In this document: one piece after another, positions 26,673 through 32,000 of the stretch
Layout: every line of letters starts with the position of its first letter
How positions within the stretch are numbered: position 1 is the stretch's first letter
Assembly: GCA_048886185.1 (NCBI GenBank)
Contig: JBHLKY010000010.1
Coordinates: 168,526-200,525 of the forward strand
DNA from: Candidatus Hermodarchaeota archaeon
GTDB taxonomy: Archaea; Asgardarchaeota; Heimdallarchaeia; Hodarchaeales; Hodarchaeaceae
DNA length: 32,000 nucleotides
Direction of reading: 5' to 3'
Translations under genes and position numbers: made by a program
The notes under the pieces: model-generated
Databases searched by the model: none
What the model saw: only the letters and a program-made list of their open reading frames with translations
What the model was told of the DNA's origin: nothing

Positions 26673-27962
26673 GTGTTGAGAGTGAATAAAATACGGTTAA
26701 AAAACGCGTTATCAGTTTTTATTTTCCTTATTTTTATATTTAAAGTGTCTGGTTATTTAGGTTCCCCCGTATATAATGTTATAATGAATAATTCCTATTC
26801 AGGTTTTAGAGGTGTTAATTTAGGTAATTTTTTAGAAGCACCAAATGAAGGAGATTGGAGTAATGGGTTATTAATTCAAGAAAAACACTTTAATCGGATA
26901 AAATCGGCAGGATTCAACCTTGTGCGTATTCCTATTCGTTGGAATGCTCATGCTTTGGATATTTCTCCTTATACTATTGATGGTTCCTTTTTTGATAGAG
27001 TTGATTGGGTAATTAATCAAGGTATTTTAAGAAATTTGTCTATTATAATCAATATTCATCATTATAATGAGTTAATGGCTGACCCTGAAGGCCATAAGGA
27101 TCGTTTCCTTAGCTTATGGCAACAAGTTTCCCATCATTATCAGAATTATTCCAATGCATTGATTTTTGAAGTTTTAAATGAGCCTCATGATAATTTGAAT
27201 AATTCCCTATGGAATCAATACCTAAAAGAAGTGATTGGTGTTATTCGTCAAACAAACCCCGCTAGAACACTGATAATAGGTCCCACAAATTGGAATAATC
27301 TTTGGGCACTAAATGACCTTATACTTCCTCAAAACGACTCCAACATAGTAGTCACTTTTCATTTTTATTCTCCTTTTGAATTTACACACCAAGGAGCTGA
27401 ATGGGTTTCAGGAAGTAACGAATGGTTAGGAACCAATTGGACTAGATCTCAACCTGAAATGGATGCCATTAATTATGAATTTGACATTGCAATAAATTGG
27501 GCTAGAGTAAATAACAAGAGCTTATTTTTGGGTGAATTCGGAGCATATCAATACGCTTACATAAATGGGCGTATTGAATGGACAAGCTTTGTACGTGCAA
27601 AGGCTGAATCATGCCCTGAAATGTGGGGTTGGGCCTACTGGGAGTTTTGTTCTGGTTTTGGAATCATGGATAGTAGTCTAAGTTACTGGTACATTGGATT
27701 AGTGGGCGCTCTGCTTCCAGATAGTCCTTTGATTGTGACTACTACGACTTATTTCTCCTCTGCAGCACCTAGTTCGCTTCCTATAGAGTCTAATACTAGT
27801 CATAAATCATCTAAAACAAGTGTTGAAGCTGATCATACATCCACCTCTCAATCTAATATTTCGTCAGGGTCTACTACCCTGGAAATACTACCTATTCTTG
27901 TTTTAAACTTCATTCTCACCATATTTTATACAAAAAGAAGAACTAAAAATCAAAGGAAGTAA
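26673..27962 (+). CDS. Glycoside hydrolase family 5 (endoglucanase/mannanase-like), C-terminally anchored
   Basis: RGVNLGN, VRIPIRW, INIHHY, LNEP (acid/base), HFYSPFEFTHQGAEW, LGEFG (nucleophile), WAYWEF; S/T linker, TM, basic tail. Confidence 0.95.
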   Translation: MLRVNKIRLKNALSVFIFLIFIFKVSGYLGSPVYNVIMNNSYSGFRGVNLGNFLEAPNEGDWSNGLLIQEKHFNRIKSAGFNLVRIPIRWNAHALDISPYTIDGSFFDRVDWVINQGILRNLSIIINIHHYNELMADPEGHKDRFLSLWQQVSHHYQNYSNALIFEVLNEPHDNLNNSLWNQYLKEVIGVIRQTNPARTLIIGPTNWNNLWALNDLILPQNDSNIVVTFHFYSPFEFTHQGAEWVSGSNEWLGTNWTRSQPEMDAINYEFDIAINWARVNNKSLFLGEFGAYQYAYINGRIEWTSFVRAKAESCPEMWGWAYWEFCSGFGIMDSSLSYWYIGLVGALLPDSPLIVTTTTYFSSAAPSSLPIESNTSHKSSKTSVEADHTSTSQSNISSGSTTLEILPILVLNFILTIFYTKRRTKNQRK

Positions 27963-28026
27963 ATATCCACTTAAATGGATTATTTATCGAATAGGGCTCT
28001 CAGAAGGGAGTACAATGAATTTATTG

Positions 28027-28260
28027 TTATTGCTTATAATCTAAACTCTTTATATATATAATAGTTCCTGTTGTAAAAAACGCTACACCAAGTAAGCCAA
28101 AAAAATTGGTACTAGCCAAAGCGCCAATTGTTTCAGAACTGATTGCTTCAGTCATATACATAAAACTAATCAAAAAAACTATTAAACCAATAACCCAACC
28201 GATTATTCCAATAATTTTTAAAATATATTTCTCATTTTCGATTACAGGCACTTTTTCCAC
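28027..28260 (-). CDS. Small two-TM hypothetical membrane protein
   Basis: 77 aa, GTG start, two hydrophobic helices. Confidence 0.55.
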   Translation of the reverse strand: MEKVPVIENEKYILKIIGIIGWVIGLIVFLISFMYMTEAISSETIGALASTNFFGLLGVAFFTTGTIIYIKSLDYKQ

Positions 28261-28586
28261 CCAAGATCAGATATAATACAGAGTGGATATTATAATCCAA
28301 TGGATTTTGTGAATTTACTAGTTCTTAAATTTTTTTATGAATTCACTGTGATTGGGATTTGGCCCCAAATCTCTTCTTTTTTTCTAAAAAAAATAGATTA
28401 CACTTAAATACAGGCAAGAAAAACCTTATGTAGAACCAAAATCTGCTTTTAAGAAGTAAAAATGTCGAATGGAACAGTCTGATGTCTCCTTTTTTTGAGA
28501 GTCTTAAGAATTGAAATCGTTAGCTAGTTTTGCTTTTTTTTGGTTGTAATTGAGGTTCTATTCGTATATAAAAAGAAGTGTAAAAA

Positions 28587-29093
28587 ATGTCAAGTTATAG
28601 TTCAGAAGAAACACATGACGTGAAAATCGAAAGCGTTAAACCCTTTGAAAAACGCCTAAATGTCGTTTTTATGGTTACAGAGAGAGGTGAAGAACGTGAG
28701 ATCAATAAACGAACGGGTGAAACGCATAGAGTGTGTGATTTCACTGTTGCAGATGAAACAGGGATTATCACTCTAACTCTTTGGAATGAAGATATTGATG
28801 TATTGAAAGAAGAAAATGTCTATAAATTATCAAATGGTTTTGCTAATGTATTTCAAAATTCCCTTAGACTATCAAAAGGAAAATTTGGAAGCATCGCTGA
28901 AGATTCGACTGTTTTTGAGGAAATAAACACAGACAATGATCGTTCCGCAGCACATGTAGATGATCCCCGTAGACAATCATACGGAAATAGAGGAGGAAGT
29001 TATCGATCCCAACAGTCATACGGATCATATGGAAGTGGACGTTCCTCTGGAGGATATGACAAACAGCGGTCTAATCGGCGTACTCGTTGGTAA
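28587..29093 (+). CDS. Single OB-fold single-stranded DNA-binding protein (archaeal SSB/RPA type)
   Basis: VADETGIITLTLWN, VYKLSNGFANVFQNSLRLSKGKFG; low-complexity R/G/S/Y tail. Confidence 0.9.
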   Translation: MSSYSSEETHDVKIESVKPFEKRLNVVFMVTERGEEREINKRTGETHRVCDFTVADETGIITLTLWNEDIDVLKEENVYKLSNGFANVFQNSLRLSKGKFGSIAEDSTVFEEINTDNDRSAAHVDDPRRQSYGNRGGSYRSQQSYGSYGSGRSSGGYDKQRSNRRTRW

Positions 29094-30219
29094 AAAGGAT
29101 CGATTTTAAATAGATTCAATAATTTAAATTTCAGTTCACTAATCAATGGATGTGTTCTTCGCGCCTAACAACAACCTGAAGCAGAGAAGGAACGGTAGGC
29201 TAGAAGAACATTCCTCCACACTTTTAATGGAGATCAATTGCATGTACTTTGAGAGACTTCAAATTCATTCATGAATTAAAAAAAATTTTGAAATATAGAA
29301 ATCTTTTCTCAACCCAACAGACGATTTATGATATGTATGGATTCATGGGAATGAGAGAAATGGCCAAAACTGCATGTTGTGCTGATATTAAAAGAAGGAT
29401 TTTTGGTTACAAGATTTAAGAATCCAGAACGGAAAATTAAGCCTGTCATTATTCTACACAACTATCAGCAAATCTTTTTTGGGAGGAATTCTGTAAAATA
29501 GAATCAGAAAATTCTATTTTAATCCTAGTAATTCAGTTAATTGATCAAGATAATTTATCATTCCATGTATAGCTCCTACTAGATAAAGAGATTTTGTGTG
29601 TGGAACAAGATAGATATCAAGATAAACCATAAAACACCTATGAGAACCCAAAGAAGCATCAATTGATGATCAATGAAGTGTTTCAAGACAAAGTAAATAG
29701 TGACAGTCAGAATCCCAACGGGTGTATTCATTCTTTCAACAACGCGGATTTGAAGGTACCCCCGAAAACCAATTTCTTACCAGAAACCATTTAACATTGC
29801 TTAGGTTAAAAAAAACTCTGATTATTGAAACTTGTATTTTTAAATTTTTGTATTCAATCAGAACACAAGTAAAAACATACGGAGGGTATCAATTACACAC
29901 AGAAGAATCTGAGATTCAAGTAACATCATTTGAGTTTGGACTTGTTACTCAATTCATTCTCATTAACTGAGAAATGTATCACAGGTTTTAATATTAATTA
30001 ACGGAAGAGGATGATTGATTCCTACAAAATGAATTCTCCAACATGTGGATGGAGGAGCCACAGATCGTCCGATCTAACGCCCCTCCACTACATTTTGCGA
30101 TTGGAAAGCGTAATTATCTTTTTAGAGATTTCTAAAATATTTTCTGGAGATCATTCATTTAAAATCTTCGTTAAGGGATGGATTAACACTAATAATTAGA
30201 AAATAGACAACTTCAAATT

Positions 30220-30615
30220 ATGATTACTATATTGACTCAACAATTGAGATCATTAGAAAAAATCCCTGCAGACGAGTTTGATGATCATATCCATTCATTA
30301 AATATCCCCTACCAACAATTCTCTTTTATTGATAAAGACTCTCTTTCTGCATTTAATTCTAAGTACAAAGAAATTAAGGACTTATTATTCAAGTCACATG
30401 AAAAACACGAAACAATAGAAGATATAATTAGAAACTCTATTCATTTAGCCATCTTTGGGGCTTTTTCGATGGATTAGGAAGGTAATGTTAATATTCCACA
30501 CAAACTTGGATTCAAAGAATCCTCCAAGAGGGATACAGTTGCAGATTGTCTAATTTGCATGATTGTCCATATGAAAAATTTTTTGAACTATAAATTGCAA
30601 AAGTTCCGCAAGTAG
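30220..30615 (+). pseudogene. Unidentified gene fragment with an internal TAG
   Basis: 85-aa track ORF; the same frame stays open for 45 further codons after TAG 30475-30477. Confidence 0.35.
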
Positions 30616-30645
30616 TGAAAATATCCTTCAAAGGTGAATGTATAA

Positions 30646-31071
30646 ATGGAAGAATCTCGTTCTCATGCCGTTATTGTGTCTAATGTTCATCGTGAATTTC
30701 GAATTGGTGAGATTACTGTTCATGCGCTTCGGGGGACTAATATGGAAGTCTCTGAAGGCGAATTTGTTATCGTGCTAGATCCAAGTGGATCTGGAAAATC
30801 AACATTGTTAAATCAAATTGGAGGGATAGACTCCCCAACTAAATGTAGTGTGAAGATCCATGGGGAGAATATAACAGACTGGCGTGGAGGGAAACTATCT
30901 GAATATCGTCGTAATAAGGTTGGTTGGATTTTTCAATTTTTTAATCTTATTCCTTCTTTAAGAGCATGGGAAAATGTCGCACTCGCTTTAGAGTTCAAAG
31001 GTGATCGAAAAGAGATATATAAGTTTTATAAAAAGAGAGATATTATGTACAAAAAAAAGGCCCTTATGTAA
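30646..31071 (+). pseudogene. Truncated LolD/MacB-type ABC transporter ATPase
   Basis: Walker A altered to DPSGSGKST; Q-loop FQFFNLIP..AWENV present; similarity ends near 31010, before the signature motif and Walker B. Confidence 0.85.
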
Positions 31072-31078
31072 TTAATAG

Positions 31079-31128
31079 AGGTGATTTTCCCTTAGTTAAC
31101 CCTAGCAAAGGGAAAGGGAAAATCACCT
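31079..31128 (-). terminator. 3' hairpin of module copy B
   Basis: Perfect 15-bp stem AGGTGATTTTCCCTT (31079-31093) / AAGGGAAAATCACCT (31114-31128) with a 20-nt loop. Confidence 0.7.
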
Positions 31129-31158
31129 TTGAAATTATTTCAATTTAGCAAAAAGAAG

Positions 31159-31272
31159 CTAATTATCCTCGTCATCCCAATCGTCGTCGTCTTCCCAATC
31201 CTCTTCTTCTTCTTCTTCTTCTTCATAGATTGGTTTCTTAGGAGGAACTTTCTTCTTTGGAGCGTATTTCAT
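31159..31272 (-). CDS. 37-aa basic-head / acidic Trp-repeat micropeptide MKYAPKKKVPPKKPIYEEEEEEEEDWEDDDDWDDEDN (copy B)
   Basis: AAGGTGA RBS 5 nt before the ATG; paralog of 23203-23322. Confidence 0.8.
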   Translation of the reverse strand: MKYAPKKKVPPKKPIYEEEEEEEEDWEDDDDWDDEDN

Positions 31273-31324
31273 ATTTTTCACCTTTTTCTAAATGTTTTTG
31301 ATAAAGATTTTCCTTGTAATTAGA

Positions 31325-31387
31325 CTATTTCTTTGTTTTTTTAGCTCGTGGTTTTTTTGTTTTTGCTTTCTTCTCTTTTTCTGCCAT
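31325..31387 (-). CDS. 20-aa Lys-rich micropeptide MAEKEKKAKTKKPRAKKTKK (copy B)
   Basis: AAGGTGA RBS 5 nt before the ATG; paralog of 23081-23146. Confidence 0.75.
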   Translation of the reverse strand: MAEKEKKAKTKKPRAKKTKK

Positions 31388-31418
31388 GTTTTTCACCTTT
31401 ATTGTTCATTTTGTGGTG

Positions 31419-31440
31419 TTGACCAATGGTTTATGGTCAA
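31419..31440. promoter_or_regulatory. TTGACC-N10-GGTCAA palindrome (copy B)
   Basis: TTGACC 31419-31424 and GGTCAA 31435-31440; minus-strand TTTAAATA box just upstream. Confidence 0.65.
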
Positions 31441-31490
31441 TGTAATACAATTTCAGATGTTTATTTAAACCTTATGGATTTAAGTGAAGG

Positions 31491-31622
31491 GTGCGGACGT
31501 GTGCGATCATAACAAAACAAAATACGTTAATATAATACTTTAAATGAAAGATAAAGTTATTAAATGACTTTTCAGAGAAAAATCACACAGTCTTCATTGT
31601 TCAGTGAAGTGCGGTACTGTGC
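31491..31622 (-). promoter_or_regulatory. Pair of GCAC-N6-GCAC boxes (copy B)
   Basis: Minus strand GCACACGTCCGCAC (31491-31504) and GCACAGTACCGCAC (31609-31622), 118 bp apart. Confidence 0.65.
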
Positions 31623-31803
31623 AAAAAGTATAACAGATTATTTCTTAACCTATTTTGTCATATTTAAGCATTGAATTATGAAAATCTATTGATCTAAGGT
31701 ATAAGTATAATAATCCATTTAAAAAACATCATCAATCACAAAGTCTAGGATGGATTTAGTTTTCATTCATTACCTAGTTTGACCTAAAGATAACATTCAT
31801 TAG

Positions 31804-32000
31804 ATGGTGATAGAACTGAGGAACAATTTAAAAAAAATTGATATTATCATCCATGATGGAAGAGAAGAACCTATTGAACTTGGACAAATGATAGATTTTG
31901 AAAAGAATGTTTATGAAAGGTTTTACGAACCCGCTCGTGAGTACGATACGACACATCAAATCGAAAAACTCGGCCCAGTTCTTATCGATTTTACCAATGT
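31804..32000 (+). CDS. Partial hypothetical protein running off the window end
   Basis: ATG 31804, open for 65 codons: MVIELRNNLKKIDIIIHDGREEPIELGQMIDFEKNVYERFYEPAREYDTTHQIEKLGPVLIDFTN. Confidence 0.55.
   Translation, partial: MVIELRNNLKKIDIIIHDGREEPIELGQMIDFEKNVYERFYEPAREYDTTHQIEKLGPVLIDFTN

Larger units (their letters stand above)
31074..31730 (-). repeat. Copy B of the ~650-bp duplicated micropeptide module
   Basis: Reverse complement is collinear with 22750-23383. Confidence 0.9.

Noticed and set aside
29330-30199. Track ORFs 29722-29970 and 30011-30199 and stop-interrupted frames (an EEFC(K/E)I segment near 29485 also seen near 14935)
   Set aside because: No recognisable family; the shared motif is too short to claim a repeat or transposase remnant.
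31129-31323. Track ORF (+, 64 aa) that looks like a hydrophobic toxin-like peptide
   Set aside because: It is the codon-for-codon antisense of the acidic peptide (GAA/GAC complement to TTC/GTC), has a TTG start, and lacks the RBS+ATG conservation seen on the minus strand of both copies. Strand-specific Ribo-seq could overturn this.
22750-31730. Inverted module copies as ends of a composite transposon or invertible segment
   Set aside because: The copies are substantially diverged in non-coding parts, and no transposase, recombinase, terminal repeats or target-site duplication is visible.
1-32000. CRISPR array, tRNA, rRNA
   Set aside because: No regularly spaced repeats and no GC-rich cloverleaf or rRNA-like stretch found by eye; tRNAscan-SE and Infernal were not run.

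Overview
AT-rich archaeal window, most consistent with an Asgard (Heimdall/Hodarchaeales-like) genome. This is an inference from AGGTGA/GGAG ribosome-binding sites, a DGGGP-synthase-like UbiA, a single-OB archaeal SSB, a tandem Lrp/AsnC regulator, and secreted enzymes with S/T-linker + TM + basic C-terminal anchors. Left arm: a minus-strand flavin/redox cluster (OYE, TIGR04076-like, flavodoxin, membrane protein, FMN reductase, TetR with a clear operator), then an Ntn hydrolase, UbiA, a wHTH regulator, a UroD-family protein and a 1516-aa S8 protease. Right arm: GNAT, Lrp/AsnC, MscL, two alpha/beta hydrolases, VIT1/CCC1, a GH5 glycoside hydrolase, SSB and several decayed genes. No tRNA, rRNA, CRISPR array or intact transposase was seen. 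The main unexpected element, absent from the ORF track, is a ~650-bp module present twice in inverted orientation (~22750-23383 + and ~31074-31730 -). Each copy has a ~330-nt conserved non-coding leader (two GCAC-N6-GCAC boxes, a TATA-like box, a TTGACC-N10-GGTCAA palindrome), a 20-21-aa Lys-rich micropeptide, a 37-39-aa basic-head/acidic-Trp-repeat micropeptide and a conserved 3' hairpin. Copy A lies directly downstream of an orphan SAVED-domain gene with a winged-helix-like N-terminus; copy B abuts a truncated ABC-ATPase pseudogene.
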